Positions 19,801 to 32,500 of a stretch of DNA of 64,000 bases are shown here, one piece after another. A program made the translations under genes and the position numbers. The DNA is from a virus (taxonomy: Duplodnaviria > Caudoviricetes). Under the pieces are notes generated by a model. The model saw nothing but the letters and a program-made list of their open reading frames with translations, did not search any database and was not told where the DNA came from. The stretch spans positions 34,117-98,116 of IMG/VR virus record IMGVR_UViG_3300029928_000005, one strand, 5' to 3'. Every line of letters begins with the position of its first letter. Within the stretch, counting starts at the first letter, position 1.

Positions 19801-20417
19801 AATTTATTGCTTATACTTTAACAAATAGAAGTTTTATTGATTTACTCAATAATATAGAAGATGAAGTTGTTGAAGGTAAAAAGACTCTTTGGGATAAATT
19901 TATTGATTTTATTGCTAAACTTTTCTTTGGAAATGATTATAAAATAAATGAAAGAAGTCTTCTTAATAGACAAATTAGATTACTTTCTAATGGAATTTCA
20001 AATAATAAAAAAGTAACTAATGTTAGTACCCCTATACAAGGAGAGCTGAATTTTGATAATGCTCCTTCTACGGGGAATGTTAATCGAGATATACAAAATA
20101 ATCAAGAAGCAACTATAGGTGAACCTTCAGAAGTTAAACCTGAATCTGTTCAAGAACAATATACTGAAACTCCTGAATATACTGCTAAAGAATATTCTGA
20201 TTTACAAAGTTTAGCAGATAGTTTATCTGATGATTTTGATTTAACTGAATTTAATGATGAAGATAATTTTAATGATTTAGATAATATGGCTTCTGAACTT
20301 ATATTTGAAGATATTCAAGTAACCAACTTATCGACCGTTGAACAGAGTTTACGACCTGACCAACGAACCGAATTTGGTACTTTAGCTTCTGCTGGAGCGA
20401 TTAAATTACATTGCTAA
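13836..20417 (+). CDS. giant virion protein with C-terminal zincin-like metallopeptidase motif
   Basis: 2193 aa; LLHERVH (HExxH) followed by EEFIA; E..EE..Q motif in the N-terminal part; immediately upstream of the RNAP gene. Confidence 0.7.
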   Translation: MSLKDAFNKMNQEPANAAGSNYINPFERYIQNNNLDNTPTYSSEKAIRNVDLSGQNVIHYNPLQYNKYDIPVTPKSNIDELNRQRAINQSFGEQLWRFGVQTVGDQIVLGTLQAFTDMGDALLGNQGGDYSNPLSTAIEEAREAIREANEIYRVNPGESFDLTDSGWWLNGATSIVSSLALMAPGLAVTKGVGLLAKAINATKGVTKLLEGYNTVAKGAKLGALTVNSARSAQIIGQGSEVLGMAAVSRIAENYQEARQTYTNSIDQVMNGLANMSNEERDEFDKNNPEFANKSDREIAELIAGESADDVFWKDMYLIAFDAIQLKALNKVWKGFQGKGPLSKAVRDEERKFAAQISGKTYEPLTGFKGFVDDMKLMINPKIVLTEATEGLEESWQYTTQKRAEENLLNKLNPKQQVRGYLDIITDEESLENAFWGWIGGITFQGLGGATMRGINAYQDKRYKKKHPEDAAGYNLRRQEGVMDSYRTEEIKSRISEIGRYHELRKLVDDGYDVYNYRTDENNNIITDQEGNVVYEPLTDEYQGELIKQDLENDMLVNIALNAYDRGNYNALKETVKDTNFNEQDKSFADRAISKMDETVDMYEKELGMAIANSFSENIARQIALNNVKAKLKIRNHEKLATDFGVHIEDLMRINNYSGDDEKEIRTKLQELELAYYKEQLEEINYQIEDYKRRYNESTTDRISRSTFLKQIRQLNRIKNIIYNKKPELKQLENRRNEIDNQITSLQEELTNAAKQLRNAIDVRDSNLEKTLSDGMTKTQETTDNLNKELIDIDISSKKSYDDIYDELSNINKEIADAKNNELTFTSRALINGGEILNTKNEITQEAEFINNTLRAFRDKELGDADKTINDIISNKDLNLEEIADELNGRQTNLPDEVKTRLKKAIEKYNLYSYNNAPILDKISIKLRQEARKREEAPEAVKNDEPVTEVPVTPIQSEASEETVSSPVEGETQSTSSTSTGSQTQQSVITTNEGEVIVSEELDPDISPEDKANLEAITIQSQGDYEVGKSIRNDIRKALSNKNIDWFARDYNTIFNEIKQQLLNKYNKEDVDREMKDFDMQLYESISNNGISFEDAVQNINYFRKAIEESNSSLIFESAAVANNNNLANEQLRQLYINLIERYVEKNNIVTNSQRLYVNLDELIKYLIRNGIVDRTTLRNIYNNMSLFFRSRYNNGDTIYKLKYVPFRLSERKLDKLFNEVEAGDNIGQDIFKRAIDPTADKRINVINKELYLEAGTPIYAVRHSSGFGIDFYVEQDGKMVQIGYNSIGKRSANGNGYNITARGINYNILNENGVYTSDLDDIFTTLFPYNENYENIPLSKDDGKALNAIFDLGYEMVNLKVNKKFKDGWLINYKEQIEDILKCKIINDFLSKHFSNFATNKEGAVSSFIQLIYPIIEFSRVSGLNSDLNRNVVILYKDFIIRQISNYDFTNQLNKQLQGMPNTSKNPAVVTLNVTRSQRGDPIEEGELKPINADSIVGFNLDKSDNSEGEVHLARIIDKGQIKLDNGRIHNIPGFNRNLGSPLLLALSNGSNYPDYIPIYASTINELKDDDFGKDLLAEINNIFINFKNGVIDFDTVYDRLKELIGPNKLIQDMALYKTKDDKIIISYYKNVGTNKTADITIYKRDNAGNISTGISFTNSDGNVTSGKQLSDKTINDFISRLFGIARIASNYDYFENVTIDTPYVKKNNKEMIITLNNHEYKARNYLEFISKYKTGKIQLDKKVINGKETNFNPLTTNQGANINIQVDYNEQSGNQVDNRVQEEENKNINDFLNKARQSGNNISINKLLPKRNTKKLLELFAPNYVGTFFNSNGSIRTIGSVGLLPTNFIIRAFDENGDFIEYDANNPNKEVDASYYENGTYEITTKLLTRVNPNDESSQEEFIRTLLHERVHGLIASKAGKVNIEEIRDGINYIIDKLYEFVDNGDKLSQYALANNLNVDILRNNLNKLRDYINNLKRNGKNDTAVEEFIAYTLTNRSFIDLLNNIEDEVVEGKKTLWDKFIDFIAKLFFGNDYKINERSLLNRQIRLLSNGISNNKKVTNVSTPIQGELNFDNAPSTGNVNRDIQNNQEATIGEPSEVKPESVQEQYTETPEYTAKEYSDLQSLADSLSDDFDLTEFNDEDNFNDLDNMASELIFEDIQVTNLSTVEQSLRPDQRTEFGTLASAGAIKLHC

Positions 20418-20449
20418 TAGAATAGTTCATAAAATAAAATAAATTCAAT

Positions 20450-20479
20450 GGTGAGCTTGAAAATAGCTCACCTATTTTT
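20450..20479 (+). terminator. intrinsic terminator-like hairpin
   Basis: GGTGAGCT-tgaaaat-AGCTCACC followed by TATTTTT. Confidence 0.6.
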
Positions 20480-20509
20480 ATTACAACAAACAAATAAACA
20501 ATTAAAGAT

Positions 20510-23500
20510 ATGGCTGATTGTAACTATAACTTTTCAAGTGATAAAAGAATTAATTCTATAATTCAATCCATAGCTGGAAATGACATTCAGTATGGTAATG
20601 ATTTGCTTAATATAATTAATAGTAAAGGATTTGCTAGTATATTAAGTAAATCAGATGAAGAAGTTAAACAAAGTCTTATTGATTATTATAATAAGAAAAT
20701 ATTTAATCCGTCTAAAAGTACTAAACTTAGTAAAAGAAGTGGATTATTTGGTTTTGCTAATATGATAGTAGCTAATGATGCTAAAGAGTATTTTGCTTCT
20801 TATGCAAATAAACTTAATTATGTTATGCTACTTCATAATATGAATACTGCTAATAATGTAGAATTTATTATAGCTAAATTTAGAAAAGATATTAGCGAAG
20901 AACTTATTAAACGTGTTGATGAAAAATATCTTACAGATGATGAATTAACTCAATGGAATGAAGCTAAAAATGCAGATGAAACTGCTGGTAATAAATCTAT
21001 AGTAAATAGATTTAAATTTGCTATTGTTTATTTTAATAATCATCGTAATGATTTAAATATTCCTAATGCTGAAAGAAATGCTAATTATGCAGATTTAGTT
21101 AAAGCATCTAGAACAAATGATTTTTATGTATATGCTAGAAATCATTCTAAAATTAACGATTTATTTAAAGATGTAAATGTTGAAAGTATTAATCTTGGAG
21201 AAGAAAATACTGATGAATTTAGTGATGATTTTGATGCTACTGAAGAATTAAGTGGAACTGCTCAATGGAATTTTGGAGATGATATTAAAAATAGTAGTCA
21301 ATTAATTAGTGCAGTTGTTAAACAAAAAATTAATGGATTACCTAGATTAAGTAGTCCTATTCCTACAGAAGTAGATGGTAAAAAAATATATTTAGAAGAT
21401 AGAAGTAATACTATTGGAACAACTCAAACTTTAGATTATAAAGAAGTTTCTGCCGAATTATTTGATATATGTGCTAATACAAATGCTGGTACTAATATTG
21501 ATAATTTTATGATAGAACTTCTCAAACTTGCTACTACTAAAAAAGATTTTTATGGTCTTAGAATATTATATGATGAAGCTGGTGGTTCACAACCTAATGA
21601 TTTAGCTTATGCTTTATTTAAAGATTTTTGTAAACCTGTTAAAGATAATGTTGAAATAGATATTGAAACTGACGGTAGCATCAAATATAGACAAAGTAAT
21701 GTAAAGAATAATAGTAAACGTAAGATGTATTATGATTTAATTAACGATATTAAATATACTGCATCTAATAGTAATTTTACTGTTATTCCTGAAATGATTA
21801 ATCATATTAATTCACTATTAGATAAAGCTGTTTTTGTTGGTACTGATAATATAAAACCGAAAGATGTTAGAGAAAAAGAAACTACTAATATTATTAATCA
21901 AGCTATTTCTGAAGTACAAATACTTTATAAAACAATATTTCCTAGTATTGATATAAAAGCTATTGATAGCTTTGTTAATAAAAATATTTTACAAAATGAT
22001 AGACGTAATGCTATAAAACAACTTGTTAATATAATTTATGATGTAAAAAATATAGATAATAATAAACAATTTTTATATAATATTATAGCTTCTGCTTATT
22101 CTAATTATCTTAGTCAAAAACAACATAATGCTCAAGTTTATTCTGCTTATAAAAAAGAACTTGATGCTTATAATGAAATAGCTGGACAAGATGGAGGTAT
22201 AGCTAAACGTCCTGAAGTTCCTAGTATGATTATTGATGATTCTTATTATAGAAGTAATTCTATGTGGAGAATTATTGATGATATTACTAATTTGCTTTCT
22301 CCTTATAGTAAAATTAATATAGAACTTAATGGACGTACTATAGATGGTAAAAATCAATCTGATGTTGTTTATAATAATTGGCTTTATAATGTAATTAATG
22401 CTACACATAATAAAGGTACTCTCACTGCTATACTTCAAGATAAAATGAGAAGTGATGAATATAAATATAGTAATCTTCTTGTTTCTGGAAATAATCATTA
22501 TGGTTTATTTACTTATAATCCTGCTACTAAACAATATGAAATAAGTAATGTTGGTACACAATTACTTAGAACATTTTATATGAATGGTATAAGTAATAGA
22601 CAAAATGGAACTAATGCTAAATATACTAATATGTCTGATAGCGATTTCTTTTATTTTGGTTATTTAGCATTTATTACTTCGCTTGATGATTATTATGCTT
22701 TAAATACTGGAGATAAAACTAATATTCCTAAAGCTAGTTATTTAATGAGAATTGCTGCTGATAGTCCTAAAAATATGATTCTTGAAGCTCCTAAATATTC
22801 ATTAAAACAATTATATGGTATTAATGATAATACTTTAACAGCTTATGTAAATAATGAATTATCTAAACTTAGATTTGGATTTGGTAATGTTTCTGTTTTT
22901 ACAGATAAAATGAATAATGGTAAAACTTATAATACTGAAATTGAATTTGCTAAAGCTATATTATCCAGAATTAATTCTAAAGAAGAATATGAAGCTAATA
23001 TTAAAGAATGGGTTTCTAGTACTAAACATGGTAGTAAAATTGCCGATAATTATAAAATAGGAGATAAAGTATATTGGTCTATTAATTATAAAGCTGGTGG
23101 ACAAATAACTAAAGCTGTATTTAGTGCTACTATTTCTGATAGAAATATTAAAGGACAAAGTACTACTATTAAAGCTAAAGATTTTAATTTTGAAGGTTTT
23201 CTTATTCCTGGCAATACAGATATGACTAATCCCCCCGTAGGAGATGAAATAGTATCCAAACTTTCTAATGAATTTAAAGAACAATATACTCAATCTGTTC
23301 TTACTAATAAACAATATGATACTAATAGTTCTATATTTAATCAACTTAGAAATTTAGTTTTTAGTGAAATTCAAATGGCTCTTCGTTCTAAATATGCTAT
23401 GTTTGGTGAAAATGGAACTACTCTTTTATTAAATCCTAAACAATTATATAACGATGCTCATATTAAAAATGGTAAATATGAAGAAAATGGTAAACTTGTT

Positions 23501-26500
23501 GGTAATCTTTTTAAATTTAATCGTTTATATGATATTGATTTAGGTAATGGAAAATATTTTAATATTGGTGATTTTGAATATGAAGGTCGTAAACTAAGTG
23601 AGTGGATTAATATATCTTCTACGGGGGGTCTTGCACAATCTAATATTGATTATTCTATTGATGGAAAAAATATTAATTTTAATTTAGTTGAAAAACAAAA
23701 AGAAGCTCTTGACGCTGCTATAACTGAATGGATTAATTTATTTATTGCTAATGAAGTAGAAATTATATATAATGAATTTAATAAGACTTTTGAAAATCTA
23801 GATAAAACTAGACTTACAGAGTATATGCTTAATTATACTCTTATGCTTAATAATATGGATGATTTATTTGAAGGTAATTCTGCTTTTTATAAAGACGCTC
23901 AAACATTTACTAAACGAGCTAAAGAATATGTAGCTGGCGGAACTGCTTATGGTGGACGCGATATGTATAATTTTAGTTCAACTAATGAAATTAAAGATAA
24001 AATTATTGGAACTGATGGTAAACAATTAAGTTATCAAAAATCTAATGGACAAATAGTTCCTATTGTTACTAGAAAATCTTATATAGGAGTTACTATTAAA
24101 AATATTGTTAGACCTGTAGATACAGCTGATGATATTTATAAAGAACTTACTAATAAAGAAACTGGTATTAGTAAAGAAAGAGCTGATGAATTAATTGAAA
24201 ATTTTAAAGGAGACGTAAAAGTTGATGATGCTCAATCTTATATAACTATTTATGAAGCTATTCGTCGTATTAAGTTATTGGGTGAGTATCCTAAATATGC
24301 TAATCTTATTACTCAATTACTTAATGGTGCTGAACTTACTGATGTAGACCCAAAACTTCTTAATAGTTTTATTCAAGTTGCTAAAAATTATTATTTTGAC
24401 CATAAATATGATGATATATTTAATATTCATGTTCCTAGACAAATTAAGAATGCAGAATTTATTCTTATTCCTCAATTTGTTAAAGGTACACAACTTGAAG
24501 TTGTATTACAATTTATGATTGATAATGATATTGACCAATTAAATACTCAAGAAACTAGTAAAGCTGCTAACGCTAATATTATTAATATTTGGGATGAAAA
24601 TTATAATCTTAAAGATTTAAAAGGAAAAGAAGTTCTTGATGAACTTAATAGTCCTGGAGTTAAATCTCAATATAGTTATAATTTTCTTTATAGACAACAA
24701 GAAGTTCCTCAGCACATGAAAGATGCTAAAAATAAAGCTGGTATTCAAATTATGAAAAAGATTCTTGATAATCTTAATGAAGCTGGAAATAAACTTAAAG
24801 GTGCTTCTGAAAAATTTGTAAATAATTATATAGCTAATATAGAAGAAGATTTTGAAAATCTTTGTAATGAACTTGATATTAAATTTGATGAGAATTATAA
24901 TCTTATAAGTAGAAGTGGTAATCCTATTAATTTTGCTAAATTTAATCAATTAGGTCTTGAACAAATGCAAAGACTTGGTGTTGATAGTAATACTTTTGAT
25001 TATTTTACTAGTGTGGTAGCTAATGATGATGCAACTGTAAATACTGTTATGCCAGAATTTATGAATATTATTGGCAATAAACTTGAAAATATTTGTATGG
25101 CTATATTTACTAATAATATTGCTAGACAAACTCTTCCAGGTTGGCACGCTGCCCAAGTTACTAGTCCTGGATTTAAAAAACTTAAAGTTAATACTAAAGA
25201 AGATGGGACTCAAGATGAACAAATAGTTAAATGGGCTAAAGATTTAAAATATCATTCTAATGGAGAAAATGTTATACAAGTAATGCTTCCTCGTTGGGCA
25301 GCTAATCTTTATGGTATTTCCGATGAAGCTATTATTAATAGTGAAATATCGACTATGATTGGCTATCGTATTCCTACAGAAGGTAAACAATCTGTTGGTA
25401 TTTTAAAAGTTGTTGGTATTTTACCTGACGCTTATGGTTCAACTATCATTGTTCCTGATGGATGGATTGCACAAACTGGTTCAGATTTTGACGTTGATAG
25501 TATTTATGGTATAGTTTATGAGCATTATATTAATAAGAAAAATAAATCTATTGTTAAAATAAAACGTAATGAAAATACAGATGAAGATAATACTTGGCTT
25601 AGATATACTAATTATGTAATTAGGAACGCTGAATCTAAACTTAAAAGAGAAAAACAATTAGCTTTTAATGATGAACAAAGAGCTGATATTAATTCTCGTA
25701 TTTCTGCAATGTATGATGCTACATATAAAAAGAATAGTGATGAATATAATAATTTATTAGCTACTAATGCTGAACAAGAAAGTAAAAGATATAAAGAACT
25801 TCCTGATAAAATTAGAGAAATTGTAAATAGTATTCTTCAAAAGAAAACTATTCTTTATAATGAAAGACTTAAACTTTTAATAGAAACTCTTACTAAAATA
25901 AATAAAAGTAATAATCGTATTCTTAATGAATTTATTGACATAAACCAACAACGTCTTCAAATAATGAAAGATAGTAAATTTGGTCTTGAATATGCTTTCT
26001 CTAATATTAATTCTAAAGAACTATTTAATCTTTTAAGAAAAGAAGATTATCATAAAAAGATTAAAGAAATAGCTGAAATTGCTGGTCTTAAAACATTTAA
26101 TGAATTTAAAAAACTTAATATTGATAGACAACAAAGTAGAGCTGCTAGAAATAATGCTATTCTTGAAGCTGCTATAGAAATTCTTCAGCATCCTAAAAAT
26201 CTTGAAGAAATGATGGGCACTAGTCATTTTGAAGATATAAAAACTGCAAAAAGAATTATTGATGATTATGTAGGAGAAACTAAAGTACATAGAAGTGTAT
26301 ATAGTCTTAAAGACCAAATATTTTTTAGACGTAATAGTATGGGAGGTGCTATTCTTAAAGCCTTTAGTGTTAATAGAGATACAATTAATAGTATTAATAA
26401 TGTTGTTAAAACTGAACTAGCTCAACCTATATTGGTTCGATATGCTTCTCCTACGGGGGGTCTGACAGTTAATACGTCAAAAATAGATAATAGTTATATT

Positions 26501-29500
26501 ATTAAAGATGGTTTTGTTGTTCATAAAGGTTTAGGACATAGTAAAAATAATAGAAATGTTGTTGGACAACTTATTACCAGTTATAGTTCACAAACTACTG
26601 CTCATATTCTTGATGCTGTAAAAGAAGGTGCTATTCCTAATGAGAATCCATATACATTTGGAACTTATAAAACTCTTCTTGATGTTGGTATGGACCATTA
26701 TCATGCTATGCTTTGGCTTAGACAACCAGCTATAAGTTATATTGTTGATGGTTATTATCAAACTCAATCTGTATTTAATAGAAGTCTAGCTAATCCTATT
26801 AATATTGCTATTAGAGAAATAGCTAAAAATATTGTATTTGAAGACGGAAGTTATGCTGGAGAAAAAGGTCAAATAATTAATAATAGTACAGCTATTAGTA
26901 TAATAGAAGAAAATATTCTTAACAAATTAGGAATTAATCTTCAAGAACAACTTGATGATATTAAAATTGATTTTAATGATATAATTGCTACTTATAATAG
27001 ACCCCCCGTAGAAAGAGGAAATGAATATTATGTTAGACTTCTTAAACAAGTATATACTTTTAAAGCTATTAGAGATATAAGTAATAATATAGAAGCTCAT
27101 GGTCGTATTCTTACTGCTGATAAATATGGTGCTACTGAAAATTTCTTTAAGAATAGAAAAAAGTTTTATGATATTTATGACTTATATAATAATGGAAAAG
27201 CTAGTAAATTATTAGTTGGAGAAACTACTTTATTAGAAGCTGTTATTCCTGGTTCAAGTTCTATAGCAATTAATAATGATGAAGGAGTAGGTCGTATTAT
27301 AGAAGATATTAATGAAGGTATTAGAAGATTTATGAAAGCTGGAGAAAATAAACGTAGTAGTTATCCTACTCTTAATACTTTCTTTAGAAATTGTCTTGTA
27401 CCTAGTTATCTTATAGCTAGTGAAAAATTTAGTACTGAAAAACCTGTATTTGTTAATGCTATTAATAACTTAGGATTTATACTTAATAATTCTCTTGATG
27501 AAGAAACATATAATCAATTTAAAAAATATGTTCTTACTTATATGTATAGAGAAACAGCTCATAATTTAGCTCACGATATAATTGTTGATAATGAAGGTAA
27601 TATTAAAGCTATTGATAAAGCTACTCCATTAGATAGATTATATGGTACTAATTATGATATTGATAATGAATTTAATTGTGAAAATATTAATAATCCTACA
27701 GAAGAAGAATATAATAAATTTCATAATCTTAACGTCGCTAATAAAGTTCAATTTATTAAATCTAATATAACTGTTAGTGATGACAATATATTTAATTATT
27801 TAACTACTAATTTACATAATGCTTATGAAATAGCTAATAGTGGATTAGCTAAACAAACTATTAATTTTGATGATGAAGGACAAAATATAGACCAAATATA
27901 TAGATTGTTTAATGAAGCTATGGATAATAATAATAGACTTATTAAAGATACTATGATTGATATTATTAAATATGCTTTTTATGTAGAAGGATTTAATTTT
28001 GGTCGTAATAATGCTTCTAAATGTATTAGTAATAAAGCATTATATAGTACTTTTGAAGAAGGTGGTATTAATATTATTAAAGATATTAAATCTGGTATAG
28101 ATATAGTTAATGAAGCTACATTATATGATGCTAATCTTTATGAAGATTTTGTTCGTGGTCATAGTAAGTCTAAAATAATTTCATCTCATAATATTAAATT
28201 TATAAATAAAGTTTCCGAAATAGCTAATAATTATATTGGAAATGATATTTATATGTTTGATTTAAATGATAAAATTCAATATGGTAGAGCTATAGATTTA
28301 GGAATTATTAGAGAACTTAGTGAAGGATATAGTAAAACTAATTATATAGTATTTTCTAATAGAGGTAATGAAACTCTTTATAAATGTGTATATAAAGATG
28401 GAGATATTGTATATTTACATCCTCTTAATCTTCTTGAAAATTATGAATATGGAGAAAGTGTTAATTTAAAAAATATTAAACATCTTCAACCAGAAGATTA
28501 TCAAAGTCTTATTAATTTACATTATGAAGATATAGCTGCTTATAAAACTCAAGCAAATAATCTTTATAATGAATACCTTAAAAATAAGAAAACATCTGCT
28601 ACAACACAAGTTGTTGGAGTTCCTAATAATGAATATTTTATAAGTGAACAACTTGAAAATAATGAAAGAGGTATTGATGGTATTAATAATTTTATAAATA
28701 GAATTAATACTCATTTTTCTAAACCTAATGTTAGTCTAGGATATTTTTGGATTATTAACCCTATTTTAAGAAGTAATTTTTCTAAACTTAATACTATAAG
28801 TTATCAACGTATTCAAGACAACAATGGAGAAGAACATTTATATACTATAAAACGAGTACAAAGAGATATTAGTAAACTTAAATATCTTGAAAAGGATAGT
28901 AGTACTGAAGAACTTGATAAAATTTTAAAAGACAATAATATTACTTTTAGTGATGATATTTATCTTGTAGAAAAAATTAACGAAAGACCTGAAGAACCTA
29001 CTCGTATGGATAGTAGCATTAGTTTTGCTGATGATAGAATTGACATTAGTGATTTAGGTCGAGTTAATATGTCTATGTATCAAAGCATGAAAATTCAAGC
29101 TAGACGTAGTAATGATAATCCTGCTGCTAGAACTTTAAGAAGACTTAGAAGACAAAGAATTAATCTTAATTCTGTTCAATCTATTGAAGAAAATCGTGAA
29201 CTTGGAATTATTATTACTGCTGATTATTATGAAGAACAAGCTAATAATATTACTAGAGCTTTAAATAAATTTATGGGAGATGAATCTATTAATAATGATT
29301 CTGTAATTCAAGCTCTTATTGATGAAGATGAAAATATGACATTTGATGGTCCTATTAAAACTAGATTTGTTGAACTTGTTCTTAAAGCTATTACATTTGG
29401 TGATAATATTCAAATGATTTATAATGTAAGTACTGATGATTTATCTAAAAATACTAAAAAAGCTATAGATAAAATTAAAAATTCTATTGATAAAGTTAAA

Positions 29501-32500
29501 AATAATAGTATTGCTAAAGATGCTGTTATTAAATATATGGATAGATTTTTATCTAGATATAGTACTAATCCTGATATTAAAGCTGGTAAATTTTTATTAT
29601 CTGAAATGATAGATGTTGATGAAACTAAACTTAATTTTATGTTTCAAGATAGTTTAGAAATTAGAGATGCTGTTGTTCAAATATTTCTTAGACTTATTAA
29701 TCGTAAACTTAATGAAGGTAATATAAAATCTAAACAATTAGTTGATGATATTGAACATAAAATAAATGAAATTAAAAAAGAAGCTGCGGGTGCTGGAGAA
29801 GTTATAGATATTAATAAATTAGTAAATAAAGAAACTGGTACTATTGGAACTAGATTTATTAAACAATTTCTTATAGATAAAGCTAAATATGATGAAGATT
29901 ATTCTGACGCTGTTTTAGTTTATGGAGAATATTCACCACAAGCTATTCGTGCTCAACAAAGACGTAATAATTGGTATGCTCAAAATGTAGAACAAGAATT
30001 ACCTGATAGTTATTATAATGAAATTAATAATATAATGAATCAAATTTGTAATGATGATGATATGCTTAATCTTTATTGTCAATATTCTCAAATTAGTAGT
30101 GAAATTAAAGATATTCAAGCTCTTACTGACAAAACTGATGAACAATATATACAATTAGAAAAACTTATTCAACAAAGAAATGAAATTGTAAGTCCTCATC
30201 TTAATATAGATGGTCAAATAGATGATAAACTTGCTGATAAGAAAGATTTACTTTCTAAACTTCTTTATGATAGAATAGCTGTTCAAAATAAATATTATAA
30301 ATATGAAGGTAGTGAAAATTTTAAAGATAAACTTAAATCTGCATTAGAAATTATTGATAAATATAAAGATATGTCTATTAAAGATAGATATAGAATTAAA
30401 GAATATCAAAATGCAGTTGATTGGATTAATAATAATACAAACTATACTCTTGGTACTGAATTTTATAGTAAATTTAAAGAAAGTATAGATGCTTTGTCTA
30501 GTGAAGATAGTGAACATGATAGCACTATTAAAGATATAATGAATGAACATAAAAATATTCAATATAAAGATTATAAAGGAGAAATAGATGGTCGTAAATT
30601 TACCAGAGAAGAAGTTGCTAAAATAAAAGCCGCTAAAGAAGAAAAATATAAAAAGAATGGTGCTAAACTTATTCGCAATAGAAGTGATGAAACTAGAATA
30701 TTTAGTAAAGAATTTTATGATTCTATGTCTGGAGGAAAAGAAAGAGCTAATTCTGATTATAGAAATCAAATTATTAATGATATTAATGCTATTTTAATTG
30801 ATGCTTTAGATACTAATACAGGAAAAGTTTATCTTAGCAATTTAACTATTGAACAATTAAGAGAACTTAGACCTTTATTTGAAGAACTTTATAATTATGA
30901 TAAAGTTAATAATCCAAAAGCTACTAATAATAGACAATTCTTTTTAAGTCATGTAGAAATTAAAAGTGATGTTAATACAGTTATTAAAGATAGACAAATA
31001 GCAGAATCTAAAAATGATTCTGATTATATGGAAGCATTTAATGCTGTAGCTAATTTACATAGAGATAAAGCTGGATTATATCAAGATGATACTCTTAATA
31101 CAGGTAATGATTATATTTATTCTTATCCTGTTCCTAAATATGATTATTTTATTGATGATAAGAAAACAAAAGCTAAACAATGGCTTAACGAAAATGTTAC
31201 TTATGAATTAACTGAATATTATTATGATGCTGCTAGAGAAGCTAAATTAAATGATACTTATGAACAATGGTATAAAGATAATCATGTTTATAATCCTTAT
31301 ACTCATAAAGAAGAACCTCTTCCTATTTGGACTAATTTAAAAACAACTCCTCAAAGTAAATATCAAGGTGAGTTTAGACCTACATTTATTAATTCAAATA
31401 CTACACCTAAAGTTATTAATAATAATTATGAAAAAGGAGGCATTAATTATAAAGGTAATAATTATAATAATGGAGTAAAACTTAATAGATATGAAGAAAA
31501 ACTTCTTAAATTAATGCTTAATACAATGAAATCTTTAGCTATTAATGGTAATGCTAGAACTACTTATGCTAAAAGACAATTCCCCTTTAGGAGGAGAAAT
31601 GATAAAAATACTACTTCTTTTGCAAAAGGAGTACTTAATTTTGTAGGAGTTGCTACTAGTAGTAAAGATTATGGAGGACTTAATGATAATATAGGTGCTG
31701 CATTTGATAAAGATGTTCCTAATGAATCATATCAAGAATTTTATGATGGTAGAATTAAAGAAAAAGAACCTATGCCTAAACGTCAAGAAGGTATGAGCGA
31801 TTCTACTTATGCTAATATTATTAAAGAATGGAGAGAACGTAATAGAGAAATTGATGAAGCTAATAATAAAATAATTGAAAGTCTTAGAGAAGATAATGTA
31901 GAAGAAGCATTTCTTAATTATATTAATTCTGCTGCAAATGTAAATACTAGAGAAGCTATAAAAAATGATTTATATATGCTTATTGCTTATTATGATAATA
32001 TAAAACAAACTTATAAAACAGGTTTTCTTGGTAATATGATACAAGATAGAGTTGTTAATGATGACGATTATAAACTTTATAAGATTAATGAACGTACAAA
32101 AAATAATACAGTTAGACATTTAAGAATACTTGCTAATAGAATTTTATTTAATCAATTTAGACAAAATACTAGACTTGATAAAGTTTTTAGTACTCTTCAA
32201 GGTTTTACTTCTGCTAAATATATGATGATTAATGTTCAAGGAGGTATTTCTAATATAACTACAGGTTCTAGTAATATAGCTATGGAATATCATGCCGGTC
32301 AATATTTTAATCATAAAGATTGGGAAAATGCTAAATTTTTATATATGACTAATGCTTTTGGTTATATATTAAATGCAGGTCAAGATAAATCTAATAACCT
32401 TTATGATGCTATATTTAAATTATGTGGTGTTATTGATTATGAAGCTATTAATGAACGTCGTATTACTGATTTTACTGACCCAAATACTTATATAGAAAAA